From Pelobium sp. (lineage in GTDB: Bacteria > Bacteroidota > Bacteroidia > Sphingobacteriales > Sphingobacteriaceae), in the NCBI GenBank assembly GCA_045629485.1, contig JAZQRF010000199.1, forward strand, positions 21,932-85,931: a stretch of DNA of 64,000 nucleotides. The letters are read 5' to 3'. The number at the start of each line of letters is the position of its first letter. Within the stretch, counting starts at the first letter, position 1. The notes under the pieces are model-generated. The model was not told the origin of the DNA, searched no databases, and saw nothing but the letters and a program-made list of their open reading frames with translations. Shown here one piece after another: positions 1 to 10,955 of the stretch. The position numbers were made by a program, and so were the translations under genes.

Positions 1-1064
1 CTTTTGTTTCACATCAGTAACAATTTGCTTCACATGCTGTTCGTTACTTCTTGGACAAATCAATAAAGTATTATTAGATTCTACAACAATATAATCATGT
101 AATCCTTCCAGGATAACTAATTTATCGGCAGGTACATTTACCATACAGTTCGAAGAATCGTACATTATCACTTTGTTAGGGCTAATTACCGCATTGCCAA
201 CGTAATCTTTTTCCGATAAGTCATACACAGAAGCCCATGTGCCTAAATCAGACCAGCCAAAATCTGCAGGCATAACATAAACGTTTTCTGCTTTTTCCAT
301 TACACCGTAATCAATAGAAATATTTACACATTTCTGAAAGCCGGATTGTATGAATTCTTTTTCTCTCTCCGTATTGTAATGTTTTTCCCCTTCTTTAAAG
401 ATATCACTAATATCAGGAAGGAACTTTTCAAAAGATTTGGATATTGAATTAACAGACCATACAAAGATACCCGAGTTCCATAGGAAATCACCACTTGCTA
501 AAAAGGATTCGGCAATTTCAAGATTCGGTTTTTCGGTAAAGGTTTTTACTTTGAAAAGCTCATCGGTAAGTTTCACATCTGAATATTGGATATAGCCATA
601 ACCCGTATCCGGTCTTGAAGGTTTAATTCCAAGGGTAATTAAGCAATCATTTTCATCAGCAGCTCTTAAGGCTTTGTTAATCGTTTCAACAAAGGCTTGT
701 GTATCTAGAATCAAATGGTCTGAGGGTGCAACAACTATGTTGGCGTCCTGATTAATCTGTCGTATTTTGGCCGTTCCATAAGCGATGCATGGTGCAGTAT
801 TCCGCATTACTGGCTCACAAATAATCTGGTAATCTTCTAATTCTGGAAGATGCTCTTTTACCAGATCAAAATAAACTTCATTTGTGAGAATGTAAATATT
901 TTCTTTCGGAACAATCTTGATAAACCTTTCGTAGGTGTTTTGAATTAAGCTCTTTCCAGTTCCTAATATATCAAGGAATTGTTTAGGGTAAGTAGTTCGG
1001 CTTACAGGCCAGAATCTGCTTCCTATACCGCCGGCCATTATCAACGCAAAGTTATTCGTCATTA
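1..1064 (-). CDS. mannose-1-phosphate guanylyltransferase-like NTP-transferase (C-terminus outside window)
   Basis: Absent from the ORF track because it runs off the window edge. Reverse translation from the ATG at 1064..1062 gives MTNNFALIMAGGIGSRFWPVSRTTYPKQFLDILG, a typical ManC-type N-terminus. The frame stays open to position 1. Confidence 0.8.
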
Positions 1065-1067
1065 TTT

Positions 1068-2033
1068 TTATATAATACCTTCTTTAAGTAAATCGTGTAA
1101 ATGAATTACACCTTTATATTCTTTATCATTTGTTACAATCAGCTGAGTGATGTTAAATTCCTTCATCATTTTTAAAGCGTTGATTGCCAATTCGCCTTCA
1201 TCAATAGTTTTTGGATGAAGGCTCATCACATCTTTAGCAGAGAGTTTCTCAAAGGAACTAAATTTTTCCATCATTCTCCGCAAATCTCCATCAGTAACCA
1301 CACCTTTAAGCAAATTGTTTTCGATAACTGCAGTTACACCCAATCTTTTCTTTGTAATTTCTAAAATTAAGCTTTTTATATCCGCATCCGGCGAAACAAA
1401 AGGTTTTTCATTTAATGAAGAAAGGTCTCTTACTTTAAGGTATAACCGTTTGCCTAAAGAACCACCGGGATGATATTTTGCGAAATCAGAACTCGTAAAT
1501 TCCCGGCATTCTAATAAACAAATTGCAATAGCATCTCCAATTGCGATTTGAGCTGTGGTACTTGTAGTTGGTGCCAGGTTATGCGGGCAAGCTTCGGCAT
1601 CTACGGTGGCATTTATAATGTAATCTGATTGCTGTGCCAGGTAAGAGTTCACATCGCCCACGATCGAAACTAGTATATTATCAGCTTGCTTTAGAAGCGG
1701 TACTAAAACTTTTATTTCTGATGTATTTCCGCTTTTCGAAATGCATAATACCAGATCACCCTTTTGTATAATCCCCAAATCACCATGTATAGCATCTGCG
1801 GCATGCATAAAGATTGAAGGCGTTCCTGTAGAGTTAAGAGTAGCCACAATTTTTTGACCGATGATAGCACTTTTTCCAACACCCGTAACAATAACACGAC
1901 CATCAAGTTTTAGTATCGTATCAATTACATTACTAAAGTCATTATTTAAATATTCAGAAAGCTTATAAACGGCTTGAGATTCAGTGACTAATGTTTTTTT
2001 TGCTATTTCTATAATTTCTTCCGGCGACTTCAA
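1068..2033 (-). CDS. kpsF: arabinose-5-phosphate isomerase (KpsF/KdsD; SIS + tandem CBS domains)
   Basis: 321 aa. SIS motif VTGVGKSAIIGQKIVATL and a C-terminal CBS pair. TTG at 2033 is the only plausible start after the in-frame stop at 2054..2052. Confidence 0.9.
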   Translation of the reverse strand: MKSPEEIIEIAKKTLVTESQAVYKLSEYLNNDFSNVIDTILKLDGRVIVTGVGKSAIIGQKIVATLNSTGTPSIFMHAADAIHGDLGIIQKGDLVLCISKSGNTSEIKVLVPLLKQADNILVSIVGDVNSYLAQQSDYIINATVDAEACPHNLAPTTSTTAQIAIGDAIAICLLECREFTSSDFAKYHPGGSLGKRLYLKVRDLSSLNEKPFVSPDADIKSLILEITKKRLGVTAVIENNLLKGVVTDGDLRRMMEKFSSFEKLSAKDVMSLHPKTIDEGELAINALKMMKEFNITQLIVTNDKEYKGVIHLHDLLKEGII

Positions 2034-2068
2034 GATGAAAAAGTTTTTAATTTAATGCGATATTATCA

Positions 2069-2076
2069 CAAAAATA
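2069..2076 (-). promoter_or_regulatory. candidate -7 box (TATTTTTG on minus strand) for kpsF
   Basis: CAAAAATA on the plus strand, 36 nt upstream of the kpsF start (2033). Confidence 0.3.
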
Positions 2077-2127
2077 TGTTATTTTGATGTTTAAAATTAA
2101 CAAGAGTTAGTTTTTTATGTTTTAGCA

Positions 2128-4320
2128 ATGCAGATTAAAAAATCGTTAATAGATAATTTACAAACATTTTTCGGCTTCGATAAGTTTAAAGGCGACCAGG
2201 AAGCCATCATAACAAGTATTTTAAACAAGGAAGATACTTTTGTGATTATGCCAACAGGTGGTGGAAAATCCATCTGTTATCAGTTACCAGCTTTAATGAG
2301 CGAAGGCACCGCCCTGGTGATTTCTCCATTAATTGCTTTGATGAAAAATCAGGTTGACCAATTAAGGGCTTTTGGTGGCTATGATAGTATAGCACACTTT
2401 TTAAACTCTTCTTTAACCAAGGGTGAAATTGCAAAAGTGAAACAGGATGTTACGGCCGGGCATACAAAGTTACTATATGTTGCGCCAGAATCTTTAACTA
2501 AGCAAGAAACGGTAGATTTTTTAAGATCTATCACGGTTTCTTTCGTAGCCGTAGATGAAGCGCATTGTATTTCTGAGTGGGGACATGATTTTAGACCGGA
2601 ATACAGGAAGATCAGACAGGTGATCAATAATATCAGGGAAAATATCGCTGTTATTGCTTTAACCGCAACTGCCACTCCTAAAGTTCAGAATGATATTCAG
2701 AAGAATTTGCACATGACCAATGCAAATCTTTTCAAATCCTCTTTTAACAGGCCAAACTTATATTATGAGGTAAAGCCTAAATCGGACGTTTTAAAGGAAA
2801 TTGTGAAACATGTGAAAAATAATACCGGTAAATCGGGTATTGTTTATTGTTTGAGCAGGAAGAAAGTAGAAGAGGTCTCCAATGCCTTAGAAATAAACGG
2901 AATTAAATCTTTGCCTTACCATGCCGGTTTAGATCCTAAAGTTCGGGCAGACACCCAGGATAAATTCCTGATGGAAGATGTGGATGTTATTGTTGCAACT
3001 ATTGCCTTTGGGATGGGAATTGATAAGCCGGATGTACGCTATGTCATTCATCATGATATTCCAAAAAGTATGGAAGGCTATTACCAGGAAACAGGAAGAG
3101 CTGGAAGAGATGGAGGAGAAGGGAATTGCATCGCTTTTTATTCTGAAAAGGATGTGGAGAAGCTGGCGAAATTTATGAAAGATAAACCAGTTTCCGAGAG
3201 AGAGATTGGTACTCAAATTCTGAAAGAAGTAATAGATTATTCAGAATCTGCAGTTTGTCGCAGAAAGCAGATTTTGCATTACTTTGGAGAGAACTTTAAT
3301 GAGGCAGGGTGCGGAGAGATGTGTGATAATTGCAGGGCACAAAAGCAATATTTTAATGCCGAAGAGCCTTTAATAAAAGTGCTGAAAATGGTTAAAGAAT
3401 TTGGCGAAAAATTCGATGACCATTATATAATTAATGTATTGATGGGAGTAGAGACTGCACAAATCCAATCTTATAAGCACAATACTTCAGAATATTTTGG
3501 CTCAGGAAAAGAAGAAGGCATCGTATTATGGAAATCACTCATCAGACAAGCTGTTTTAAATAATTTCCTGTCAAAAGATGTAGATAACTTTGGTTTATTG
3601 AAACTTACCAAAAGTGGCAATAGCTTCATAACCAGCCCTTATTCTATTAGGTATATCCTGAACAGAGATATGAGCATTGCTGCTAAAGAAGAAGAAAATA
3701 ATGCGCAACAAGCTGCTAGTAGTGTTTTAGATACTCAATTACTCATCCTGTTAAAGGAATTAAGAAAAAAAATAGCGAAGCAAAAAAACTTACCGCCATT
3801 TGTCATATTCCAGGATCCATCTTTAGAAGAAATGTGTATGCATTATCCAATATCTATGGAAGAATTGAAGAATATCTCCGGTGTTGGTAATGGTAAAGCT
3901 TCTAAATTTGGTGGTCCATTTATCGAGATCATCAAAAAATATGTTGAAGATAATGATATAGACAGGCCTATAGATTTTGTGGTAAAAACAACTGCAAATA
4001 AGTCTGCTCTTAAAGTTTCTATCATCCAAAATATAGACAGGCAAATATCTTTAGAAGATATTGCTTCTTCTAAGGGTATATCTTACGAAGATATCTTGAA
4101 AGAAGTGGAGTCTATTGTAAGTTCAGGAACTAAATTGAACTTGAATTATTTTATAGATGAAGTGATTGATGAAGATCGCCAGGATGAAGTTTTTGACTAT
4201 TTTAAAACTGCAGAAGTAGATTCTATAGATAAAGCTTTAGAAGATTTAGGTACAGAAGATTATAATCGTGAAGAAATCCAGCTGATGAGAATTAAGTTTA
4301 TGTCTGAATTGGGTAATTAA
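2128..4320 (+). CDS. recQ: ATP-dependent DNA helicase RecQ
   Basis: 730 aa. DEAH box VAVDEAHCISEWGHDFRPEY, helicase C domain, RQC zinc-cysteine cluster (CGEMCDNC) and a C-terminal HRDC-like region. Confidence 0.95.
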   Translation: MQIKKSLIDNLQTFFGFDKFKGDQEAIITSILNKEDTFVIMPTGGGKSICYQLPALMSEGTALVISPLIALMKNQVDQLRAFGGYDSIAHFLNSSLTKGEIAKVKQDVTAGHTKLLYVAPESLTKQETVDFLRSITVSFVAVDEAHCISEWGHDFRPEYRKIRQVINNIRENIAVIALTATATPKVQNDIQKNLHMTNANLFKSSFNRPNLYYEVKPKSDVLKEIVKHVKNNTGKSGIVYCLSRKKVEEVSNALEINGIKSLPYHAGLDPKVRADTQDKFLMEDVDVIVATIAFGMGIDKPDVRYVIHHDIPKSMEGYYQETGRAGRDGGEGNCIAFYSEKDVEKLAKFMKDKPVSEREIGTQILKEVIDYSESAVCRRKQILHYFGENFNEAGCGEMCDNCRAQKQYFNAEEPLIKVLKMVKEFGEKFDDHYIINVLMGVETAQIQSYKHNTSEYFGSGKEEGIVLWKSLIRQAVLNNFLSKDVDNFGLLKLTKSGNSFITSPYSIRYILNRDMSIAAKEEENNAQQAASSVLDTQLLILLKELRKKIAKQKNLPPFVIFQDPSLEEMCMHYPISMEELKNISGVGNGKASKFGGPFIEIIKKYVEDNDIDRPIDFVVKTTANKSALKVSIIQNIDRQISLEDIASSKGISYEDILKEVESIVSSGTKLNLNYFIDEVIDEDRQDEVFDYFKTAEVDSIDKALEDLGTEDYNREEIQLMRIKFMSELGN

Positions 4321-4327
4321 AAATAAA

Positions 4328-5134
4328 ATGAATTTAAGCAAATTAAAACATACAGATTCTGAAAACTTTTTCCTGATGGCTGGCCCTTGTGCTATAGAAG
4401 GAGAAGACATTGCACTAAGAATTGCTGAGAAAATAGTTTCGATAACCGATAAGTTGAACATCCCTTATATTTTTAAAGGTTCCTATAAAAAGGCAAACCG
4501 CTCAAGGATAGATTCTTTTACCGGTATTGGAGACGAAAAAGCGTTAAAGATTTTAGAAAAAATAGGCCGGGAATTTGAAGTTCCTACAGTTACAGATATT
4601 CACGAAAGCGGGGATGCATCCATAGCGGCACAATATGTAGATATTTTACAAATTCCTGCTTTTTTATGTCGTCAAACAGATTTACTGGTTGCTGCTGCTA
4701 AGACAGGGAAATTCGTAAATGTTAAGAAAGGCCAGTTTTTATCTGCCGGTTCTATGAAATTTGCGGTAGATAAAATTATTGATTCAGGAAATAACAATGT
4801 GATGCTCACTGATAGGGGTAACACTTTTGGTTACCAGGATCTAATTGTAGATTTCAGAGGAATCCCAGAAATGAAATCTTTTAATGTGCCTGTAATAATG
4901 GACTGTACACACTCTTTACAGCAACCGAATCAAACTTCAGGAGTAACCGGAGGAAAGCCCGCATTAATAGAAACCATTGCTAAAGCGGCCATTGCCGTTG
5001 GCGCAGATGGTTTATTTATAGAAACCCATCCAGATTTAAAAAATGCAAAATCTGATGCAGCAAATATGTTGCAGTTAGATCTTTTGGAGGATTTACTAGT
5101 GAAGTTAATCAAAATAAGAAAAGCGGTTTTATAA
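4328..5134 (+). CDS. kdsA: 3-deoxy-8-phosphooctulonate (KDO-8-P) synthase
   Basis: 268 aa with full-length KdsA-like sequence (FLMAGPCAIE..., DCTHSLQQP). Confidence 0.93.
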   Translation: MNLSKLKHTDSENFFLMAGPCAIEGEDIALRIAEKIVSITDKLNIPYIFKGSYKKANRSRIDSFTGIGDEKALKILEKIGREFEVPTVTDIHESGDASIAAQYVDILQIPAFLCRQTDLLVAAAKTGKFVNVKKGQFLSAGSMKFAVDKIIDSGNNNVMLTDRGNTFGYQDLIVDFRGIPEMKSFNVPVIMDCTHSLQQPNQTSGVTGGKPALIETIAKAAIAVGADGLFIETHPDLKNAKSDAANMLQLDLLEDLLVKLIKIRKAVL

Positions 5135-5150
5135 CCGCTTTTCTTATTTT
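5111..5150. terminator. bidirectional hairpin between convergent kdsA and ompA-family genes
   Basis: Perfect 18-bp stem (5111..5128 / 5133..5150) with a 4-nt loop. Both stop codons (5132..5134 and 5144..5146) lie inside it. Confidence 0.6.
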
Positions 5151-7045
5151 ATTTCGGTTATTATAAATTCGGTTCGTCTATTGTTTGCCCTTCCGCTAAT
5201 AGTGTTGTTATCAGCAACAGGTTCTTTCTCTCCAAAGCCTTTAAAAGTTAATCTTTCTGTATTTACACCTTCTTTAATTAAGTAGTTATAAACTGCTTTT
5301 GCCCGGTTTTGCGATAGGATAAGATTGGATTGATCGTTGCCAATATTATCAGTATAACCTCTTATTTCTATTTTAACCCCAGGGTTTTCTGATAGAAAAT
5401 CGATTAAGATAGCCAGTTCTGGCCTGGATTCTTCTTTAATCTCAAATTTGTTGCTGTCGAAAAATATGTTTTTTAAAATTACTTTATTGCCTACTTCTAT
5501 TTTCTGCAAAGGAACTTCCAGAATTACAGGTTCTCCGGGTTTGTATCTTTCAACAGAGAAATTCTCAGAATAAAATAAATAACCTGGCTGATTTACATTT
5601 AGGCCATAAGTTTTATTGTTGGGGAGCGCAGCCAAAAATGTTCCGTCTACTTTATTAGCGTATGAAGCATGCAGCGAATTGCCATTCTTAAGGTCTATAA
5701 TGTCTACCAATGCATCTAATGGCTTTTTCGTTATTGCATCAAAGACTTTGCCTTTTACATAGTTTGTTCGTTTCGGCCTGATAGCAGTAGGTATATCAAA
5801 AGCATAAATATCAAAACCCCCATAACCATTAAAATTATTAGAAGAAAAATAGGCTTTAGTTCCGCTGGCATTTATTGTTAAACCCCGCTCTTCTCCGTAT
5901 GTATTAATCGGGTAACCTAAATTAATGGCAGTTCCCCATTCTCCTAATGAATCTGCTCTGGATATAAAAATGTCCTTATCGCCCATACCAGTCCATCCAT
6001 CAGAAGAAAAATAAAAAGTTTCATTATCCGGATGGATAAAAGGTGATTGTTCATCATAAGGAGTATTAATTGCAGCACCCATATTTACAGGGGTTTGCCA
6101 CTTTCCATCATCACCCAGATTAGATTTCCAGATATCATAACTCCCGAAACCTCCCGCTCTGTCACTTACAAAATAAAGTATTCTCCCATCTGCAGAGAGG
6201 GAAGGTTGAGATTCCCAGCCTTTAGTATTTATCGGGAAGCCTAAATTCACAGGTTTGCTCCATCCATCACCTTCTCGTTGAGCAACATAAATGTCGCATC
6301 TCCCTAATCCTTCAGGTCGATTACAGCCAGTAAAAAACAAGAACTGCCCATCAGGTGAAATACATTGCGCTCCTTCATTATACGAAGTTGTATTGATATT
6401 ATCGCTTAAATACTCGGCCTTGCTCCATCCCGTATCTATTTTGAATGAGCGGTAAAAATCTTCATTGTTATTGATTTGTCTCGTAAAAATAATAGATTTT
6501 TCATCAGTAGTAAGAGAAGCCATATACTCCTGGTGGTTGGTATTGATATTGGGCCCAAGGTTAACAGGCTTAAAAACAACCGGATTTTTAATGGCATTTA
6601 AAGCAAAATCACAATCTCCGAGATATTTATTAGTAATAATTTTTCTTTCTTCATTTGGATTTGCTTTAGCTAAATAGTTGTTATAGCTAGTAATGGCATC
6701 TTTGTAGCTGCCTGTTTTTAATTCACAATTTGCCAGGTAAAAATATCTCTCTGGAGCAAAGTCAGGGTTTAACTGGTAGGCTTTTTTATAATTATTAATG
6801 GCATTTTTATACTCAAAGGTAACACGATAAACATCGGCTAAAAGCATGTAAGCTTCAATAAAATCTATGTCTTCTTTTATAGCCTGATTGAGTTCTGCTT
6901 TAGCTTCGGAGAATTTATTTAATTCTAAATAATAACCAGCCCGCTCATAATTTCTTATTGCAGTTTTGTTTATGCTGGAATACTTTGCTTGAGAATAGCC
7001 TTTTAAAGCTATAAGCAATACAAAGCAAAATATTACGTACCTCAT
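5144..7045 (-). CDS. OmpA-family outer-membrane/periplasmic protein with TPR and TolB-like (PD40) repeats
   Basis: 633 aa. Signal peptide, N-terminal TPR repeats, repeated PD40-like propeller motifs, and a C-terminal OmpA domain ending ...GRANNRRTEFIITE. Confidence 0.8.
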   Translation of the reverse strand: MRYVIFCFVLLIALKGYSQAKYSSINKTAIRNYERAGYYLELNKFSEAKAELNQAIKEDIDFIEAYMLLADVYRVTFEYKNAINNYKKAYQLNPDFAPERYFYLANCELKTGSYKDAITSYNNYLAKANPNEERKIITNKYLGDCDFALNAIKNPVVFKPVNLGPNINTNHQEYMASLTTDEKSIIFTRQINNNEDFYRSFKIDTGWSKAEYLSDNINTTSYNEGAQCISPDGQFLFFTGCNRPEGLGRCDIYVAQREGDGWSKPVNLGFPINTKGWESQPSLSADGRILYFVSDRAGGFGSYDIWKSNLGDDGKWQTPVNMGAAINTPYDEQSPFIHPDNETFYFSSDGWTGMGDKDIFISRADSLGEWGTAINLGYPINTYGEERGLTINASGTKAYFSSNNFNGYGGFDIYAFDIPTAIRPKRTNYVKGKVFDAITKKPLDALVDIIDLKNGNSLHASYANKVDGTFLAALPNNKTYGLNVNQPGYLFYSENFSVERYKPGEPVILEVPLQKIEVGNKVILKNIFFDSNKFEIKEESRPELAILIDFLSENPGVKIEIRGYTDNIGNDQSNLILSQNRAKAVYNYLIKEGVNTERLTFKGFGEKEPVADNNTISGRANNRRTEFIITEIK

Positions 7046-7083
7046 TAATTTTTAGGCTTTATAATGAGCTAAAATATTAAATA

Positions 7084-7707
7084 TTAAGGAATATTCAAGT
7101 ATTTATGCGTTTGTAAAGAAATTTCCCATCTTGGGTTATTTTTAACATAATCAATAATTAATGGGAGCATATCCTGAGATTTTGACCATTCAGGTTGTAA
7201 ATAAAGCTTACAATTTGGCCCAACTAATTTAGCATGACTTTCAGCCCATTCAAAATCAGTTTTATTAAATATAATGATTTTTAATTCGTGTGCATGAAGG
7301 GCAATCGCAGGGTTTGGGGCTTTAAATTTCTTTGGTGAAAGACAAATCCAATCCCAATGCCCGGATAAAGGATAAGCACCCGAAGTCTCTATAAAAGTAA
7401 GGATGTTGTTTTCCTTTAATTTTTTGGTAAGATATTCCAAATTATAAATTAATGGCTCTCCGCCAGTAATTACGACAGCTTTTCCTGGATATCGAATTGC
7501 ATTATTTACAATATCATCTGCTGCTGTTAAAGGGTGGATGGATGCATCCCAGCTTTCCTTTACATCACACCAATGGCAACCTACATCGCACCCGCCTAAC
7601 CTAATAAAATAAGCTGCTTTTCCGGTATTAAAACCTTCCCCTTGTATGGTGTAAAATTCTTCCATTAATGGAAGGTAAGTGCCGTCTTCTGGAATATTAT
7701 TTTTCAA
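7084..7707 (-). CDS. queE: 7-carboxy-7-deazaguanine synthase QueE (radical SAM)
   Basis: 207 aa. EEFYTIQGEG motif and a CX3CX2C cluster (GGCDVGCHWCD). The start is TTG at 7707; an internal ATG (MEEFYT) is an alternative. Confidence 0.88.
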   Translation of the reverse strand: MKNNIPEDGTYLPLMEEFYTIQGEGFNTGKAAYFIRLGGCDVGCHWCDVKESWDASIHPLTAADDIVNNAIRYPGKAVVITGGEPLIYNLEYLTKKLKENNILTFIETSGAYPLSGHWDWICLSPKKFKAPNPAIALHAHELKIIIFNKTDFEWAESHAKLVGPNCKLYLQPEWSKSQDMLPLIIDYVKNNPRWEISLQTHKYLNIP

Positions 7708-7739
7708 ATCAATTTTGATTAGAATTATTTTAAAGAGTG

Positions 7740-7747
7740 CAAAGATA
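7740..7747 (-). promoter_or_regulatory. candidate -7 box (TATCTTTG on minus strand) for queE
   Basis: CAAAGATA on the plus strand, 33 nt upstream of the queE start (7707). Confidence 0.3.
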
Positions 7748-7810
7748 ATTCTATTTTGCTGAATACAATTAGAATGATGAATCCTGAGAATGAAAACTTA
7801 ACATTTTACA

Positions 7811-8134
7811 ATGAAATGGATAAAAGCATTAACAACCTTGCCTGAAAGAAACCAGGTGAAAAAGGTTAAGGTTGCTAATAAGAACCTTTGTTTAGTGATG
7901 CATGAAAATGAATTAAGGGCTTTCAATTCCAGTTGCCCACATGCCGGTGCAGATCTTTCTAATGGCTGGTGTGATAATGGTTATGTAGTTTGCCCTGTTC
8001 ATCGATTTAGATATAATTTGGAAAACGGGAGAGGAGCAGAAGGACAGGGTGACTACCTGAAGATTTATCCTGTAGAAGTTAGAGATGATGGGATTTATAT
8101 AGGTATTGAAAAAAATTGGTGGAATATTTTCTGA
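7811..8134 (+). CDS. Rieske [2Fe-2S] domain protein (NirD-like small subunit)
   Basis: 107 aa with the Rieske ligand motifs CPHAG and CPVHR. Confidence 0.75.
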   Translation: MKWIKALTTLPERNQVKKVKVANKNLCLVMHENELRAFNSSCPHAGADLSNGWCDNGYVVCPVHRFRYNLENGRGAEGQGDYLKIYPVEVRDDGIYIGIEKNWWNIF

Positions 8135-8278
8135 TATTTAAAACTAATCTCCCCAAATTGTAAAATGTAAGCTTCAAAACAAAACTATTTATCAACACCA
8201 ATAAGCAATTTCAGCTAATTTGTTAACTTCGCTACTTGCTTTTAGCAGAGTGAATTTCTTTTATACATTTAAATAAAT

Positions 8279-10885
8279 ATGGCCGAAGAAACTGATAATC
8301 AGAACGAAAGTACAAATGACAAAATAATACCTATTAATATAGAGCAGGAAATGAAATCTGCATACATTGATTATTCAATGTCTGTAATCGTTTCCAGGGC
8401 TTTACCCGATGTAAGAGATGGGTTAAAACCGGTACATAGAAGGGTTTTGTTTGGTATGCAAGACTTGGGTATTGGCAGCAATAAGCCTTACAAGAAATCT
8501 GCCCGTGTGGTTGGAGAGGTTCTAGGAAAGTATCACCCACATGGTGACTCTTCTGTTTATGACACCATGGTTCGTATGGCACAACCCTGGTCTTTAAGAT
8601 ATCCATTGGTAGACGGCCAGGGAAACTTCGGGTCGGTAGATGGTGACTCTGCAGCAGCGATGCGTTATACCGAGGCTCGTTTCAAAAAAATTGCCGAAGA
8701 AATGCTGGCAGATATCAATAAAGATACTGTTGATTTCCGTCTGAATTTTGATGATTCTCTCGAAGAACCTTCAGTATTGCCAGCCAAAATTCCAAATCTT
8801 TTGGTAAACGGATCTTCAGGTATTGCAGTAGGTATGGCCACAAATATGGCTCCGCATAATCTTTCGGAAACTGTAGATGCTACTATTGCTTATATTGATA
8901 ATAAGGAAATAGAGATTTCGGAATTAATGAAGCACATCAAAGCTCCGGATTTCCCTACAGGAGGAATTATTTATGGTTATGAAGGGGTAAGAGAAGCTTT
9001 TGAAAGAGGAAGAGGCAGAATTGTTATCAGGGCAAAAGCCGAAATAGAAACCTTAGCTAACGACAGGGAAAGAATCATCGTAACAGAGATACCTTATCAG
9101 GTAAATAAGGCTGTGATGATTGAAAGAACTGCCGAATTGGTAAATGAGAAAAAACTGGAAGGTATTTCTGAAATCAGGGATGAATCTGATAGAGAAGGTA
9201 TGCGTGTGGTTTACGAAATTAAACGCGACGCCAATGCAGCTATTGTTTTAAATAATCTTTATAAATATACAGCACTTCAAACTTCTTTTAGTGTAAATAA
9301 TATTGCCCTTGTACATGGCAGGCCATTGTTATTGAATCTTAAAGATATCATTGGTCACTTTGTGGATCACCGTCATGAAGTAGTAACCAGGAGAACGCAG
9401 TTTGAACTAAACGAAGCCCAAAAAAGAGCACATATCCTCGAAGGTTTGTTAATTGCTTTAGATCATTTAGATGAAGTAATCAAATTGATCAGAAGCTCTG
9501 CCACTCCTGAAGAGGCGAGAGAAGGTTTAATGTCTCAATTCGGCCTTTCAGATATTCAGGCAAGGGCAATTCTGGATATGACTCTTCGTCGTTTAACCGG
9601 ACTAGAAAGAGATAAAATCAAAGATGAGTATACAGAATTAATGAAGTTAATCGATTATTTACAATCTGTTCTTGATGATGAAGGCCTGAGAATGCAAATA
9701 ATTAAAGATGAGCTTATTGATGTAAAAGATAAATATGGAGATGAAAGAAGAACAGAAATAGTTCATTCAGCTGCAGAATTATTAACAGAAGATTTTATTG
9801 TTGATGAGGATGTGGTAATTACCATTTCAAGAGAGGGATACATTAAGAGAACAGCCTTAACCGAATATCGTACACAGGGTAGAGGTGGGAAAGGTTCTAT
9901 TGGATCTAATTCTCGTGATGAGGATTTTATCGAACATATTTTTATTGCTTCTAACCACAATTACCTTTTATTCTTTACAGATAAAGGTAAATGTTATTGG
10001 TTAAGGGTATTCGAAATTCCGGAGGGAACCAGAACAAGTAAAGGAAGGGCGCTACAAAATATCATCAACATAGAAAAAGATGAGAAAATTAGGGCATATA
10101 TAAAAGTAGTGAATTTAAAAGATCAGGATTATCTTGAAAATAACTTCATTATTATGTGTACTAAGAAAGGTACCATTAAGAAAACTACTTTACAAGCTTA
10201 CAGCCGGCCAAGATCTAATGGTATTAATGCCATTAATATCAACGAAGGTGATGAATTATTAGAAGCCAACTTAACCTCAGGAGGTTCAGAAATTGTAATG
10301 GCCTTACGTTCTGGTAGAGCTATCAGGTTTAACGAATCTACAGTAAGGCCAATGGGAAGAACTGCCACGGGTGTTAGAGGAGTTAGATTAGCGCATGATA
10401 AAGATGAAGTGGTTGGGATGATTAGCGTTGATTCTTCTGAAAGCACCATTCTTGTGGTTTCTGAAAAAGGATATGGTAAGCGTACTGATATTGACGATTA
10501 CCGTGTTACAAACAGAGGAGGAAAGGGTGTTAAAACCATCAAGGTAACTGATAAAACAGGTGAATTGGTTTCCATTAAAGATGTAACCGATAAAGACGAT
10601 TTAATGATTATCAATAAATCTGGTATCGTGATTCGTATCGCCATGAATCTTTTAAGAGTAATGGGTAGAGCTACGCAGGGTGTAAGGTTAATTAATCTTA
10701 AAGCCGGTGATGAAATTGCTTCTGTTGCTAAAGTAGAACATGACGAGGAAGAAGAAGTAGATCCGGATTTAATCGTTACAGATCCGGAAATTTTAGAACC
10801 AGATGCAGACTTAGAGGAAGAAGACGATGATGACGATGCAGCAGAGGAAGACGACGACGATCAGGAAGAGAAAACGGAAGAATAA
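8279..10885 (+). CDS. gyrA: DNA gyrase subunit A
   Basis: 868 aa. Active-site region AAMRYTEAR, the QRDR-like segment [14 protein letters not shown]-terminal beta-pinwheel repeats and an acidic tail. Confidence 0.97.
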   Translation: MAEETDNQNESTNDKIIPINIEQEMKSAYIDYSMSVIVSRALPDVRDGLKPVHRRVLFGMQDLGIGSNKPYKKSARVVGEVLGKYHPHGDSSVYDTMVRMAQPWSLRYPLVDGQGNFGSVDGDSAAAMRYTEARFKKIAEEMLADINKDTVDFRLNFDDSLEEPSVLPAKIPNLLVNGSSGIAVGMATNMAPHNLSETVDATIAYIDNKEIEISELMKHIKAPDFPTGGIIYGYEGVREAFERGRGRIVIRAKAEIETLANDRERIIVTEIPYQVNKAVMIERTAELVNEKKLEGISEIRDESDREGMRVVYEIKRDANAAIVLNNLYKYTALQTSFSVNNIALVHGRPLLLNLKDIIGHFVDHRHEVVTRRTQFELNEAQKRAHILEGLLIALDHLDEVIKLIRSSATPEEAREGLMSQFGLSDIQARAILDMTLRRLTGLERDKIKDEYTELMKLIDYLQSVLDDEGLRMQIIKDELIDVKDKYGDERRTEIVHSAAELLTEDFIVDEDVVITISREGYIKRTALTEYRTQGRGGKGSIGSNSRDEDFIEHIFIASNHNYLLFFTDKGKCYWLRVFEIPEGTRTSKGRALQNIINIEKDEKIRAYIKVVNLKDQDYLENNFIIMCTKKGTIKKTTLQAYSRPRSNGINAININEGDELLEANLTSGGSEIVMALRSGRAIRFNESTVRPMGRTATGVRGVRLAHDKDEVVGMISVDSSESTILVVSEKGYGKRTDIDDYRVTNRGGKGVKTIKVTDKTGELVSIKDVTDKDDLMIINKSGIVIRIAMNLLRVMGRATQGVRLINLKAGDEIASVAKVEHDEEEEVDPDLIVTDPEILEPDADLEEEDDDDDAAEEDDDDQEEKTEE

Positions 10886-10904
10886 TATATTTAAACATAA
10901 ATGC

Positions 10905-10940
10905 GTTTATCCAGTTCTTGAAATATAGAATTGGATAAAC
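10905..10940 (+). terminator. hairpin after gyrA (no clear U-tail)
   Basis: 9-bp perfect stem GTTTATCCA/TGGATAAAC, extendable with G-U pairs. The downstream sequence is not T-rich. Confidence 0.35.
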
Positions 10941-10955
10941 TATAAAACAATTAAA

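Noticed and set aside
7707-7720. Inverted repeat AATCA-N4-TGATT at the queE start
   Set aside because: It is short and AT-rich, overlaps the start codon, and has half-sites in the opposite orientation to the ccoI palindrome. It is likely chance.
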